Assembly (NCBI GenBank): GCA_009914755.4
Contig: CP068257.2
Location: 320,001 to 384,000 of the forward strand
DNA length: 64,000 bases
Source of the DNA: the human T2T-CHM13v2.0 reference genome, Homo sapiens
Direction: 5' to 3'
In this document: positions 25,446 to 43,175 of the stretch, piece after piece
How positions within the stretch are numbered: the stretch's first letter is position 1
Layout: every line of letters starts with the position of its first letter
Notes under the pieces: generated by a model
Database searches by the model: none
Seen by the model: the letters and a program-made list of their open reading frames with translations, nothing else
Told to the model about the DNA's origin: nothing
Program-made: the position numbers and the translations under genes

Positions 25446-27339
25446 TGTATCTCATAAGAAGTGAACATTCAGAATACGTAAAGTACTCCTACAGAGAGAC
25501 TACCAGAAGCAAAGAGGAGCAAACACATTTTCACACTAGGGCACCTCCTATCTCTCCTGGATTCCAATTAGGGCAGAGTAAGTGCTAGTTCTCTGCCAAC
25601 CCAGGATTAGGCCCTGCAGCTGCAGTGAAAATAATCACAGAAGAAAACTAAGAAATAAAAAATGGAGAAAGTGAGACATCAAACTAGAATTACTAGAAAC
25701 CCCTAGGAAGAAGGAAAAAAAAAACAAGAAAACAGAAAAACAATCAAACCAGTTAATTAAACCTTGGTGTGACCAGAAGATCAGGGTTTCCTAAAGGAGT
25801 GGAAATTTATTGACTTGAAGAGGATTTATTGATTACTGATTTGAAGAGGAAGAAAAACCATGAATGGTCTAAAGCAAAAGCCTAGTGTCTGAAGAAGTCA
25901 GTAGGGTGAAAACAAGAGCTGGCCAGAATATCCACAGATGGTGACAAGTTTGCAAAGCCTTTACTAGACTACATGTGAGGCTAACTAGAGGCCAAGGAGC
26001 CAACACTTCCCCTGTCCTTACAGACAGACCCTACACAGGATTCCCAGATATACATGGAAGGACAACATCTTATCAGGTCCTCTCTGTGCAGATGTGGTTA
26101 TCATTCCAAATAATGAGCTCCAGCTCCAAGACTGTCCCATCCTCAATTGCTTTGAGTGGGCAATGTAGGCTCTCCACACACGAGCTACATGTAGGTTCCT
26201 TGGGTACCCAGATGGGAGACGTGAAATACAAACCTTCCATGGTCAGGTCCGTATCTGTTTCCTGCCTTTTCCCCAGCAATCCCCAGGCCTCAGCAGCAGT
26301 GGTCTACCTCTGCTGATTCTCATTCAGAATCTAAACTTAGAAACAATTAGAACCTAGACCCCAATTCTACCTGAAAGTAACAGAATAACATAATCTATAC
26401 ACTGCAGCATGACTGTTTGCCCAACGTAATGAGGATGAACTGAGAGATAATGAATGATCATGACCCTGGCCCAAGTAACAAGAATGAACTGTGAGATAAA
26501 TGAATGATCATGGCCAAAAAACCCCACTACAACACAACAACAAAATAAAGTGATTAAAAAATGGACAAAGAACATTTATCCAAAGATGCAAAGATGATAT
26601 ACAAATAGCCAACAGATACATGAGATATATGAGAAGATATGTAACATCACCAGTCATTAAAGAAATGCAAATAGAAACCACGATGGGACATCACTTCTAA
26701 CCCAACAGAAAGTAACAAGTGCAGGCGAAACTGAAACCCTTGAACACTGTTGGTGGAAATATGAACTGGCTCCTCAAAAAAAAATAAAATAAAATGACCA
26801 TATGATCCAGCCATCCAACTTCTACAGAGACAGAATAACTAGTAGCAGGACTTCAAACAGATATGTGCACACCTATGTTCACAGGAGAATTACACAGCCA
26901 CAAGTGGAAGAAACCAAAACGTCCATCCAGGAATAGATGGATAAACAAAAGGATATATATATAGAGAGAGAGAGAGAAAATATATATATATATGAAGAAA
27001 TAGTATTCAGCCATAGAAAGGAAGAAAATCCTGACACATCTGACACATAACATGGAACCTACTTACAAAACAACAAATATTATATAACCCTAGGTATATA
27101 AGCCAAAGTTTTAGAAACACAAAGTAGAATAGTACTTGCCAGGAGGTGGAAGGAAGGGGAAATTAATAGTTGTTGAATGGGTATAGAGTTTTCCAAGATA
27201 AAAAAAAAATCTAGAAATCTGCTACACAACACTGTAAATATTCTTAACTCTACAAAACTGTATACTTACAACTGGTTATGATGGTAAATTTTAAGGTATG
27301 TGTTTGTTACCAAAATTCGAAATAATAAATTATTTATAA

Positions 27340-27639
<300 letters not shown>

Positions 27640-27750
27640 TATAAAAAATTATTTCAAAAAGCCAAAAGATTAATCAAACTGGAATATTTAGAAATATTTA
27701 ACCCAAAAGAAGTTAGGACAGAATATATAGAAGATCAAAAGTCAGACGAA

Positions 27751-28035
27751 GGCCAGGCATGGTGGCTCATGCCTGTAATCTGAACACTTTGGGAGGCCAA
27801 GGTGGGTAGATTGCTTGAGCTCAGGAGTTCAAGACCAGCCTGTGCAACATGGCAAAACCCTATCTCTACAAAAATATAAAAATTAGCCAGGTGTGGTGCC
27901 ATGCACCTGTAGTCCCAGCTACTCAGGGGGCTCAAGTGAGGATTGGTTGGGCCTGGGAGGCAGAGGTTGCAGTGAGCCAAGATTGCACCATTGCACTACA
28001 GTCTTGGTGACAGAGCAAGACCCTGTCTTAAAAAA
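27751..28035 (+). mobile_element. Alu (plus)
   Basis: ggccaggcatggtggctcatgcctgtaatctgaacactttgggaggccaaggtgggtagattgcttgagctcaggagttcaagaccagcctg... Confidence 0.85.
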
Positions 28036-28059
28036 AATAAACAAACAAATAGAAAATAA

Positions 28060-28870
28060 GTAGAAAAATGGCAGACCTAAATCCAACCTTAGCAATGATT
28101 AGTTACAATGTAACTGGACAAATACTCTACTTAAGACAGAGACTGCCAGACCTGAGAGGAAGGCAAGACCCAACAATATGGCATCCATAGAGACACAATT
28201 TAAACACAAAGACACAAAGAAAGTATGAGAAAAAATATGCTATGCAGGCACTAATCATAAAAATATGCTATCCAGACACTAATCATAAAAAGCTTCAACA
28301 GAGATGTTAACACTAGATGAAAGAGGCTTCAGAGCAAAATGTATCACCAGAAATAAACAGGGTAATTTAATAAAAATAAAAGAATCAGAGAGTATGATGT
28401 TACAACTATAAATTGTGCCTCAAAGTGCACACAAAGTACACACACACACAGAGCCTCAAAGTATGTGAATCAAAAACAACAGAACAAAAGCAGGAAATTG
28501 ACAATCCAAAATTATAGCTGGTGAATTAATACTGCTCTCTCAGTAACTGATGGAACAACCAGATAAAAATATAGGAAAAATATGGATCTAAATGACAAAA
28601 TCCTGACCCAAATGGTACTTGGCAGTACCAAGATAGACTGTATGTCGATCGATTGAGAAAAGGTTCAAACCTGAAATAGTATACAAAGTATGTTGTCTGA
28701 ACATTTGAAATTAAATTAGAAACCAACAACAAATTGATATCCAGAAAAGCCTCAAATGTCTGAAAACCAAGTAATAAACTTTGAAATACCCTGAGTCAAA
28801 AAGTATTCACAAGGGGAACTGGAATGTATTTGGAACAAACTTGTTATAAAATCTCATTTCTGGTAGACTA
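28060..28870 (+). mobile_element. LINE-1 fragment: ORF2 N-terminal (endonuclease-domain) region, degenerate
   Basis: MADLNPTLAMISYNVTGQILYLRQRLPDLRGRQDPTIWHP... parallels L1 ORF2 [39 protein letters not shown]... Confidence 0.65.
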
Positions 28871-28879
28871 AAGGTGACA

Positions 28880-29390
28880 ACTTCTTTCCTGCTCCTCTCT
28901 CTGTGAGGACAAATTCCCCTTAAACCTTGACCAGACTACTGACTTATTTGGCCAACAGAAGGTGACAAAGGTGGTATTTGGGGACTTCAGAAGCCAGGCT
29001 GAGAAAACAGAACATTTATCCAGGAGAAAGCCAGTCACCAGGCAGGAAATCCCACTCCCCTGAGACCTCATGATGGAAACCACATGGCCAGTCCATGACT
29101 AGCTACACACATTGATATCCCCCACTGAGCCTCCAGCAACACCGACTCCCAACAACTAGTGAGCCTCCAGCAACATCCACTCCCAACCACTAGTGAGCCA
29201 CCCTGCACACCACCCCACTGTGCTTTCACACAATCCAGCTTGGCTGCAACTGTGTGTGAGATGAGCTGGCCACCAAGACTCTCTAAGCCAAAAAACAAGT
29301 AATAATGAGTTGTTTTAAGCTGCCAAGTTTTGGGGATGGTTTCTTCAGAATAGATAACTGGAACAGAATATGACAGCTGGAAATGAGCTG
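28880..29390 (+). mobile_element. MLT1-type (MaLR) LTR
   Basis: ...gaaaccacatggccagtccatgactagctacacacattgatatcccccactgagcctccagcaacaccgactcccaac...ccaaaaaacaagtaataatgagttgttttaagctgccaagttttggggatggtttcttcagaatagataactggaacag matches conserved MLT1 3' half from memory; includes 33-bp x3 internal tandem (29100-29215). Confidence 0.55.
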
Positions 29391-30149
29391 CTGTGGTAAT
29401 CAGAAGCTACAATATGTGACACGACTGTGAGGCTGACCTGTAACTGGGCCTCAAGGAGACCATTCATGCAACCTGGAAGGGCATCAAGACTCTTGGTCAG
29501 GGCCTGAAGGATGGTGAGAAAATGTCATTGGAAACTGGAGAAAAGGTCTGAGAGTTACTTGCTGAGGGACTGTGGGAAAACTATGGCCACAACATGGAAA
29601 CTGTAAGGGCACTGCACCATCTCAGGGATCTGCCTAAGGAGACATCTCGGAAGACCATGGAAAGTGCTACCAGCCTCCCCTAACTGTCACTGAATAAATA
29701 TGAGAGGAGAGGCACATGATCTAAACAAGGAGGTTCAGTTTTCAAACAGAATTTAGAGAAAATATAAAGAAATAATTTCTTGTCTCAAAAGGCCAAAGTA
29801 AAAAAAAAAAGAAAGAAAAGAAAAGGAAAAAAAAATGAAAAAGAAGCCATTGAATACCCTATAGACCGTAAGAAAACGGCAGGGAAAGTTGGTCAACGGC
29901 AACCCACGCACTGAAGGAAAAAGAACATGGAGAATGACAAAAGCCCAGAGGGAGGAGTAAAAGGACACAAACACCATTCTCAGGGACCAGGACTGGGCGC
30001 CGTTCTCAGAGACCAGGACTGGGCACTAATCACAGAACTGTAACAGGCACCCCATGGGAATGACCAACTGTTAGACGGGGGCTGCAGGGCAGCACTTCCC
30101 TCTTGCCTCCCACCAACAGCTTCTAAAGGGAAATGTCGACTGTTTTCAC

Positions 30150-30395
30150 ACCAGTCCCCTCACTGCGGCTGTTTGTGGGCTCAGATGATAGGTCACAACA
30201 ACCTGATTCAGTCCTCACTGTGGCTGTGTGGGGGGGGGTCAGATGACAGGCCACCACAACCTGATTCAGTCCCCACTGTGGCTGTGTGGGGGGGGGGGGC
30301 AGATGACAGGCCACCACAACCTGATTCAGTCCTCACTGCAGCTGAGTGTGTGTGGGTGCAGAAGACAGGCCACCACAACCTGATTCAGGATTCAG
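30150..30395. repeat. 62-bp x4 minisatellite containing G9-G11 homopolymer tracts
   Basis: cccactgtggctgtgtgggggggggg(c/t)cagatgacaggccaccacaacctgattcagtcc repeated; G-runs at ~30233-30241 and 30289-30300. Confidence 0.75.
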
Positions 30396-30399
30396 TTGG

Positions 30400-30970
30400 G
30401 CTACCAGCCAGTGCCATAAGGAAAACCATTCTGGGGCTCTTGAGAGGGGCAAAGCATAGTTTGCATGTGGGAGAAATGTTAATAGTTTGTGGCCAGAGGA
30501 CAAGCTGTGGTTTATTAAAGACTGCTGCAGGTTCCTACTATGCTTCTCATCAAGAGGTAGAATCTAATCACCTTCCCCCCTTGAATCATGGCTGGTCTCA
30601 GTGATGAGTGCGACTGGGCAGTGTGGCAGGAGAGATGCTCTGGCACTTCTGAGGGGCGATCATGAGAGGCCTTACAGCTTCTGCCTGGGCCTCTTGGACA
30701 CACACCCTGGGAGAAGCCAGACAAACCTGACTACCTGACGCTGCCAGACTGGGAAGAAGTCCGTGCTGGCCACAAAGAGAGGGCTCGGTGCCTGCTCCAT
30801 GTCCCCAGCCACTAGAGTCCTTCCAGATGAGACCAAGGACATCATGAAGCAACCAACCCGCACCGCCCTGTCCAGTGTCTTGACCCAGAAAATTGTGACA
30901 TGTAAAAAGAATAAATTCCTGGTTTAAGCCAGTAAGGTTACGGGTACATTGTTACATCTCAGATAATTAA
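30400..30970 (+). mobile_element. MaLR LTR (MST/MLT1-like)
   Basis: ...ccttcccccttgaatcatggctggtctcagtgatgag...gatcatgagaggccttacagcttctgcctgggcctcttggacacacaccctgggagaagccagacaaacctgactacctgacgctgccagactgggaagaagtc...gaataaattcctggtttaagccagtaaggttacgggtacattgttacatc: typical MaLR LTR body and terminus. Confidence 0.55.
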
Positions 30971-31698
30971 AACCTTGAAAAACTCATGAGAGATCACAAG
31001 TAGAACCTTGATCTGAAACATGGCATGTGGCGATTTATATTGAGTATTAGGTTAAAAATGCAAGAATAGAGCATAGTTAATATTTTACGTTAAAGCTAAA
31101 ACTATAATTGCCTACTTAAAATTTTCAGTTAATTAGGTTGTCACTTTTTGTTCTTAACCAAGAAATCAATTAGTATTAGTCGATAAACAGTTAGAACTGA
31201 TGCACACATCCGTTTTTCCTTACTCATTTTAAACAGCTATCTGAAATAGGAAGCGTAATATAATCTTTAAAGAATCTGAAAACATGACAGAAATGTTTAA
31301 ACTATAAACATATATTGTATATGTTAGCATATTGTATACATTGCATATTAACATAAGCTAGAATCATTGACATAAATTTATATAAACAAAAGGTATAAAA
31401 TATGACAATGTTCTTCCTGATTTTTGTCTTTGCATATTTCTTTATTGGCCCTTGTCAAACGTGACCCACTAACTCCTGAATGCTTTCTCTCTCCCCATGG
31501 ATTCCTAAGGATGTCACCACAGTGTTGGCCAGATGCACAGGTCACAGGGGACTGAATCTCATCACCCCACAAACATACCATTCAGGTTTTGCCAAGAATG
31601 ACACTGTAAATGTAACAAAGCTTCCGTGCTTGTTAGTGAACACCAACTCAGCTCCTCTCCTGTATTCAGAAATCAGGATGAGATGAAAACAACAAGCA

Positions 31699-31985
<287 letters not shown>

Positions 31986-32403
31986 AAAAAAATTAAAAAT
32001 AAAAGAACAAGGAAACAAAAGTAACAAGGCTTGACACCAGATGAGCCTGAATCTAAGCAAGAAAAGCCCAGAAGAAATCCCATTTTGGGTCACTGGCTGC
32101 ATGGTAGTAATACCATACACATAAAGGAAGAGAGGAGGATGTGGCTTTCACTTTGAATTTTTTGAGCTTAAGGTAACTTTTGCATAGCTACAAAGAAGCA
32201 TTCAACAGAGAGTTAAACCTATGATGGAAAGACTGAAGAGGTCCAAGCTGTAGAGAAACAGGACGGCAAACCACAAAGGGCTGAATCAGTCAAGGAGAAC
32301 TGCAGGGCGGGATGAACAGGGACCAGTGGAACATTTGGATAAGCTGTTGAGAAGAAAGGAGAATTCAGAGAAAAAGAACTGTCAGTGAGGTCATAATAGG
32401 AAC

Positions 32404-32879
32404 TGTTACAGTGAACTAAATATGGCCTGGGAAGGACTCTGTACTTCTAGACTTGAGTCCCTGTGGACAAACTGAAACCTAACTTAATAGGTAGAAAGAC
32501 TGAAAACCTAACTTAGGAGTATGCACCTGTAACTATAGCTGAGTCCTGGCCAATCCCAACAGCCAAACTTCTGCCACTCACACACTGCTGAGTGTTCAGC
32601 TGTGTTCAAATAAGGCAAATGCTGAGCACTGTAACCAGTCCAGTTGTTTCTGGACCACATTGCTGAGAACGGTAAGGGACCCAGTTGCTTCTGGACCTCA
32701 CTCCTCACTCAGATTTCTGTACATCACGTTCCCTTTATTGTCTATAAATCTTCCACCATGTAGCTGTGCTGGAGTCTCACCAAATCTGCTGTGATTCTGG
32801 GGGCTGCCTGATTCGTGAATCATTCATTTCTCAATTAAGTTCCTTTAAATTTAATTCAGCTGAAGATTTTCTTTTAACA
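32404..32879 (+). mobile_element. Candidate 5' LTR of an unclassified endogenous retrovirus (starts TGTT, ends AACA; TATAAA at ~32745; ATTAAA near 3' end)
   Basis: Homologous copy in same orientation at 46133-46527; flanked on the left by GAAC (32400-32403) which recurs immediately right of the second copy; followed after 2 nt by a tRNA-Leu-like PBS. Confidence 0.6.
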
Positions 32880-32881
32880 GA

Positions 32882-32899
32882 TGGTGTCAGAAGTGGGAT
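32882..32899 (+). promoter_or_regulatory. Retroviral primer-binding site, tRNA-Leu(CAG)-like (TGGTGTCAGAAGTGGGAT)
   Basis: 17/18 match to the reverse complement of the 3' end of tRNA-Leu(CAG) as I recall it (ATCCCACTCCTGACACCA); position is LTR-CA + GA spacer + TGG..., the gammaretrovirus-type arrangement. Confidence 0.5.
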
Positions 32900-33734
32900 C
32901 TGTGGGAGCAGGACTGCTAGGGCCTCCGGAGCTATAGTGTGGTGAGCAGTGTTGCTAGGGCTTCTAATGACCCCCAGGAGTGCTGAAGTACAAGAAAGGC
33001 ACCTGCAAGGACTGCTCTGTGATGGCAGCAGTGGCCCATGTGGAGCAGTTGCTACGGAGACACTGGCTGCAGTGAGGAGGAGTGGCTGGGGCTGTGCGCT
33101 CCTCGAAGCTGGTGGGAGCCAGGAAAGGGTGGGAGCCCCACCCCTTCTAAATTGGCAGGCAGGAGCCCCGCCCTCCCAGGCACAGCTGCAGCCATCCAGC
33201 CATGACTGCAAACCTGGGCATCTTTGCACTCTCAGAGGCCCAGCAAGCCCCCCTGCCCCCACAGGCTCAGTTGTACCTGGTCCCACCACCTGGCGTCTCT
33301 CCACTCCCAGAGCCCACTCCAACCTCGGATCCAAGTTGAGGCTGAACCCAGGCACAGTCGGAACCCGGCCTGGTTTGTGCAAGCTCAAGGCAGTGCTGAC
33401 ATGCCAGCCCCCTGCCACCTCAGCCCCCTCCAGACTTTGGGCACTGACGAGCACAAGAGGGAGGTTGAGGTGGGGCTAAGTGTGGCTCAGCACTGGCCTG
33501 AAGGCACTCCTCAGCTCGAACAGCCTCGGCAATGTGGGCACAGCTAACCACAGTGCATCTCTCTCAGCTGCTGAGAGCTGAACAGACGTTGGGATGACTT
33601 GCCTGCAGAAAGGAGCTACCGACTGCAGGTCTCCTCTGAGCTGAACAGTTGCTCAATAAAGCACCTCTTCACCTTGCTCACCTTCTACTTGCCCACATAC
33701 CTCATTCTTCCTGGACTCAGGACAAGAACTCGGG

Positions 33735-34278
33735 ACCTGCCAACTAGCAGGGCTGAAAGAGGTGTAACATAAACAGGGCTGAAACGCACCCCTTGCTTGC
33801 CAAATTGCAGGCAAGAAGAAGAGAAGAGAGGAGACAAGAGCTGTGGCCCTTCAGGGAGCCCAGACCTAGGAGCTCCCCAAGCCAGGGCTATGATGCCTTC
33901 TTTGGGGTTCTGCAGTTCCTGCATCTCCAAGTTTCTGGGCGCCACTGCATTCCCTGATACCCACAGTGGAAGCTGTTTGCAGTCGGCCTTGTCCAGCTGC
34001 AGCCTCACAGGGAGCTGGCACCTGTGCCGGTGCCTGGAGCTGCCCACCCCACTGCAGCTGGCATGCTTGACTGTGTGCAGTGGCCAGATCCCATGCTTGC
34101 TTGCTCACACACCCTTCACTGCTCTGTACCCAGCTCACCCTTGGCAAGTGTGGGATCCAAACCACTAGCATGAGCCGAGTGGACAGAACGAACCCAGTGG
34201 GCCCGAGCAAAACACAGGTAAAGGCACCACCAGCCAGAGGTTTCAGGCAGAAAAGTGATGTCTCAGGATTCTGTAACA
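33735..34278. repeat. GC-rich ~545-bp segment 'B', homologous in inverted orientation to 56882-57405
   Basis: Spurious minus-strand ORF 33685..34047 (GNAVAPRNLEMQELQNPKEGIIALAWGAPRSGLPEGPQLLSPLF; LMLVVWIPHLPRVSWVQSSEGCVSKQAWD) parallels plus-strand ORFs 57078..57401 and 56872..57345 (GNTVAPRILEISGTKGPQRRTWLGKLPGLGSPKGH; LMLPRWIPCLPRETAWSGKGCVSEHGVWP). Confidence 0.55.
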
Positions 34279-35219
34279 CTTGTGCCCTTTGACCTCTCAG
34301 AGCAGCTGGGGATCATGATAAATTCTCTCTCGGATTTCAGAGCTCCATGGATTTGTGTTTTGAGCTCTGAGTTTCTTTGAGCAAATTTCTGTTCCAAACT
34401 GCTATCCAGCCATGACTGGCTGGATGTTTTAGAAGTTATGACAGAAACGGGACCGGGTCCAGGATCAGATTTGATCCAGTAGTTAACTGGCTTGAATCCA
34501 GTTCCAGTTAGAGACCTCCTACATCTGAATGGGTCAGAAGGAAAGTGGTAGTAAATGATAATATTGGAGGGCTGTAAAATTTAGCTTTTGAAAATTCACA
34601 GGGATTTTTGTGTTCTACCCCTTTGTTTCATTTTCCTCACACGCTTAGGTAGGAAAAAAAAAATCATTGGCTAAGTCAATCAAGGGAACCTGGGAGTAAA
34701 GCCAATATATTAGGTAAAAATAGGATCCTTAATTTCTGGAAAACTTAGTTCCTTCTGGCTAATTCATTAGGCCTGGGAGGCAGCAAAGTCTTACAGAAAT
34801 GGCACAATCTTACTAAAGTTAACTTACAGTGGAACATTCCAAATGAATACTGCCCTGAAGTGCATTTAAAAATGAGGGCTCCCAAATTAGTCTCATCTAG
34901 GGATGCCTATTAATATGCAGAAGCTTCTAAAAAGATTTAGAGATGGCACGGCCTATCTGGGAGCAAGTTTGAGTCTTACCAGTTTGACACTGGATGCTAA
35001 GCAAAGTGGCTCCTGTCTATGTTTTGTCACATGTATTTTGCTTTGAGCAGAATGAAAAATGTTAATTTGGTTACTCCAAGCAACCCCTTGGGCAGCATCT
35101 TGCAAAGCTGAGTGGATTCTTCCTGTGGATCCATGATTTCCATTGTGATGCAGCTTGGCCCCAGAGCTATAATGTTGTGAGGAGGGTGACAGAGAAAGAT
35201 GTTATCTTTAAAAAAAAAT

Positions 35220-35520
35220 GGCCAGGGGCAGTGGCTCACGCCTGTAATCCCAACACTTGGGGAGGCTGAGGCAGGTGGATCACCTGAGGTCAGGAGTTCA
35301 GGGCCAGCCTGAACAACAAGGAAAAACCCCGTCTCTACTAAAAACACAAAATTAGCTGGGCATGGTGGGGCATGCCTCTAATCCCAGCTACTCAGGAGGC
35401 TGGGGCAGGAGAATTGCTTGAATCTGGGAGGCAGGGGGTTGCAGTAAACCGAGATCGCGCCATTGCACTCCAGCCTGGGCAACAAGAGGGAAAATCCACC
35501 TCAAGAAAATAAAAGAATAA
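35220..35520 (+). mobile_element. Alu (plus)
   Basis: ggccaggggcagtggctcacgcctgtaatcccaacacttggggaggctgaggcaggtggatcacctgaggtcaggagttcagggccagcctg... Confidence 0.9.
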
Positions 35521-36649
35521 TAGATTTGCCTATAAGGTTTTATGAAAAAGTGGGTGATATTTGGCTTTCTCTCTTTAAGAAGATTTTCAGAAAATATTAA
35601 AAAATAATGGGAGAAGGAGCCAAGATGGCCGAATAGGAACAGCTTGAGTCTACAGCTCCCAGCATGAGCGACGCAGAAGACGGGTGATTTCTGCATTTCC
35701 ATTTGAGGTACTGGGTTCATCTCACTAGGGAGTGCCAGACAGTGGGCGCAGGACAGTGGGTGAAGTGCACTGTGCACTAGCTGAAGCAGGGCGAGGCATT
35801 GCCTCACTTGGGAAGCGCAAGGGGTCAGGGAGTTAGTTCCCTTTCCTGGTCAAGGAAAGGGGTGACAGACGGCACCTGGAAAATCAGACCACTCCCACCC
35901 TAACACTGCGCTTTTCTGACGGGCTTAGGAAACGGCACACCAGGAGATTATATCCGGCACCTGGCTCAGAGGGTCCTATGTCCATGGAGTCTCGCTGATT
36001 GCTAACACAGCAGTCTGAGATCAAACTGCAAGGCGGCAGCGAGGATGGGGGAGGTGCACCGGCTATTGCCCAGGCTCTCTTAGGTAAACAAAGCAGCCGG
36101 GAAGCTCGAACTGGGTGGAGCCCACCACAGCTCAAGGAGGCCTTCCTGCCTCTGCAGGCTCCACCTCTGGGGGCAGGGCACAGACAAACAAAAAGACAGC
36201 AGTAACCTCTGCAGACTTAAATGTCCCTGTCTGACAGCTTTGAGGAGAGCAGTGGTTCTCCCAGCACACAACTGGAGATCTGAGAATGTGCAGACTGCCT
36301 CCTCAAGTGGGTCCCTGATCCCTGACCCCCAAGCAGCCTAACTGGGAGGCACCCCCCAGTAGGGGCAGACTGACACCTCACATGACCGGGTACTCCTCTG
36401 AGACAAAACTTCCAGAGGAATGATCAGACAGCAACATTCACGGATCACGAAAATCCACGGTTTTGCAGACACCACTGCTGATACCCAGGCAAATAAGGTC
36501 TGGAATGGGCCTCTAGCAAACTCCAACAGACCTGAAGCTGAGGGTCCTGTCTGTTAGAAGGAAAACTAACAAACAGAAAGGACATCCACACCAAAAACCC
36601 ATCTGTACATCACCATCATCAAAGACCAAAAGTAGATAAAACCACAAAG

Positions 36650-37666
36650 ATGGGGAAAAAACAGAGCAGAAAAACTGGAAACTCTAAAAAGCAGAGCACC
36701 TCTCCTCCTCCAAAGGAACGCAGTTCCTCACCAGCAATGGAACAAAGCTGGACAGAGAATGACTTTGACGAGTTGAGAAAAGAAGGCTTCAGACGATCAA
36801 ACTACTCCGAGCTACAGGAGGAAATTCAAACCAAAGGCAAAGAAGTTGAAAACTTTGAAAAAACTTTAGAAGAATGTATAACTAGAATAACCAATATAGA
36901 GAAGTGCTTAAAGGAGCTGATGGAGCTGAAAGCCAAGGCTCGAGAACTATGTGAAGAATGCAGAAGCCTCAGGAGATGATGAGATCAACTGGAAGAAAGC
37001 ATATCAGTGATGAAAGATGAAATGAATGAAATGAAGCATGAAGAGAAGTTTAGAGAAAAAAGAATAAAAAGAAATGAACAAAGCCTCCAAGAAATATGGG
37101 ACTATGTGAAAAGACCAAATCTGTGTCTGATTGGTGTACCTGAAAGTGACGGGAAGAATGGAACCAAGTTGGAAAACACTCTGCAGGATATTATCCAGGA
37201 GAACTTCCCCAATCCAGCAAAGCAGGTCAACATTCAGATTCAGGAAATACAGAGAATGCCACAAAGATACTCCTCGAGAAGAGCAACTCCAAGACACATA
37301 ATTGTCAGATTCACCAAAGTTGAAATGAAGGAAAAAATGTTAAGGGCAGCCAGAGAGAAAGGTCAGGTTACCCACAAAGGGAAGCCCATCAGACTAACTG
37401 CTGATCTCTCGGCAGAAACTCTACAAGCCAGAAGAGAGTGGGGGCCAATATTCAACATTCTTACAGAAAAGAATTTTCAACCCAGAATTTCATATCCAGC
37501 CAAACTAAGCTTCATAAGTGAAGGAGAAATAAAATACTTTACAGACAAGCAAATGCTGAGAGATTTTGTCACCACCAGGCCTGCCCTAAAAGAGCTCCTG
37601 AAGGAAGCACTAAACATGGAAAGGAACAACTGGTACCAGCCACTGCAAAAACATGCCAAATTGTAA
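36650..37666 (+). pseudogene. L1 ORF1 (RNA-binding chaperone) inactivated by two adjacent in-frame stop codons TGA TGA at 36977-36982; frame otherwise continuous to the normal stop at 37664-37666
   Basis: ...CRSLRR** where L1HS has CRSLRSRCDQLEE; downstream ORF 37007..37666 is in the same frame (357 nt = 119 codons after 36650) and reads MKDEMNEMKHEEKFREKRIKRNEQSLQEIWDYVKRPNLCLIGVPESDGKNGTKLENTLQDIIQENFPNPAKQ...NNWYQPLQKHAKL. Confidence 0.85.
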
Positions 37667-37729
37667 AGACCATCAAGACTAGGAAGAAACTGCGTCAATT
37701 AACGAGCAAAATAACCAGCTAACATCATA

Positions 37730-41552
<3,823 letters not shown>

Positions 41553-42225
41553 ATGAGAACACATGGACACAGGAATGGGAACATCACACTCTGTGGACTG
41601 TTGTCAGGTGGGGGGAGAAGGGAGGGATAGCATTAGGAGATATTCCTAATGCTAAATGACGAGTTAATGGGTGCAGCACACCAGACTGGCATATATATAC
41701 ATATGTAACTAACCGGCACATTGTGCACATAAACCCTAAAACTTGAAGTATAATAATAATAATAATAATAATAATAAAATAATAAAATGAAAAATTTGTT
41801 TGCCTTGTAAATAAACTACCAAAAAAAAAAGGAAAAACAAGAGGCAGATTATTTGTGGAAATAAGTCTTCCCCCTATCAATGAGTAAAGATTTTTGCCCT
41901 TTAAAAATTTTTTAAGTCATGATTTTAGGTAAATGAATGACTTACGTTGACATGGAATTCTATTTCATAACATCAAGTGTTTAAACCTTTAATATATTTA
42001 ATAGGCTTCCCAAAATCAAATTTCAACTTCAAAATTTTTTTTCTGACCTCTAACTTTGGGATACTACAGAGGCCCCTGAAGTACCCAAAAGAGAGGTAAA
42101 CAGGACTATTTAACATGTTAAGTCACATGGCTAGAACTGTCAAAATAAAAAATAATGTTGAACCTTCTTTAGGTTATATTCAGTGTATGTCATCAATCCA
42201 TTCTAAAATTGTATAGGATTTCTAA

Positions 42226-42527
<302 letters not shown>

Positions 42528-42836
42528 TAATTATGGTTATTAAGTTATTGTAGACCACAGAAATAACCAAATTTCCTTGTCAATTGTCTTTAACTATAAC
42601 TATTTAAAGTCATTTCCACAGTTAATTGCTTAATGGTGATGCAGTTTCTAAAAACTTCACAAGCATGCAAAATTTTAGAATATGGTGTCTCTTAGAAGAT
42701 CCATGAAAGAATGAAAAGGACCCTGAGAAACACTCGGGAACACAGATTTCTAATAACTTTAATATCATGGGTAAAAATTCCCCATAAGTTCCCCGATACC
42801 CCAAGAATTGGACTGGTTAAGAATTCTCAAAAGTTA

Positions 42837-43175
<339 letters not shown>

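Noticed and set aside
25975-26316. ORF 25975..26316 (+) 113 aa in non-Alu/non-L1 sequence
   Set aside because: Lies in what looks like a degraded LTR (ends ...gagataaatgaatgatcatgg like MLT1 termini); no recognisable protein similarity.
29390-29720. cDNA-like segment ending in AATAAA (cactgaataaatatgag) after the MLT1 LTR, possibly a processed-pseudogene 3' end
   Set aside because: No poly(A) tail or TSD visible and no recognisable protein in any frame; insufficient evidence.
32831-34279. ORFs 32831..33454 (-) 207 aa, 32949..33479 (+) 176 aa and 33866..34279 (-) 137 aa in the GC-rich ERV leader / segment B
   Set aside because: Overlapping on opposite strands in GC-rich sequence, where stop codons are rare by composition; Ala/Pro/Gly/Ser-rich; no homology to anything recognisable.
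35608-36649. Possibility that the L1PA copy is retrotransposition-competent
   Set aside because: ORF1 has an in-frame TGATGA and ORF2 has four or more frame disruptions.
41830-41880. Searched for a target-site duplication flanking the full-length L1PA
   Set aside because: No convincing match between the 5' flank (...aaaaaataatgg) and the 3' flank (ggaaaaacaagagg...); a short 3' transduction or flank mutation may hide it. Not claimed.
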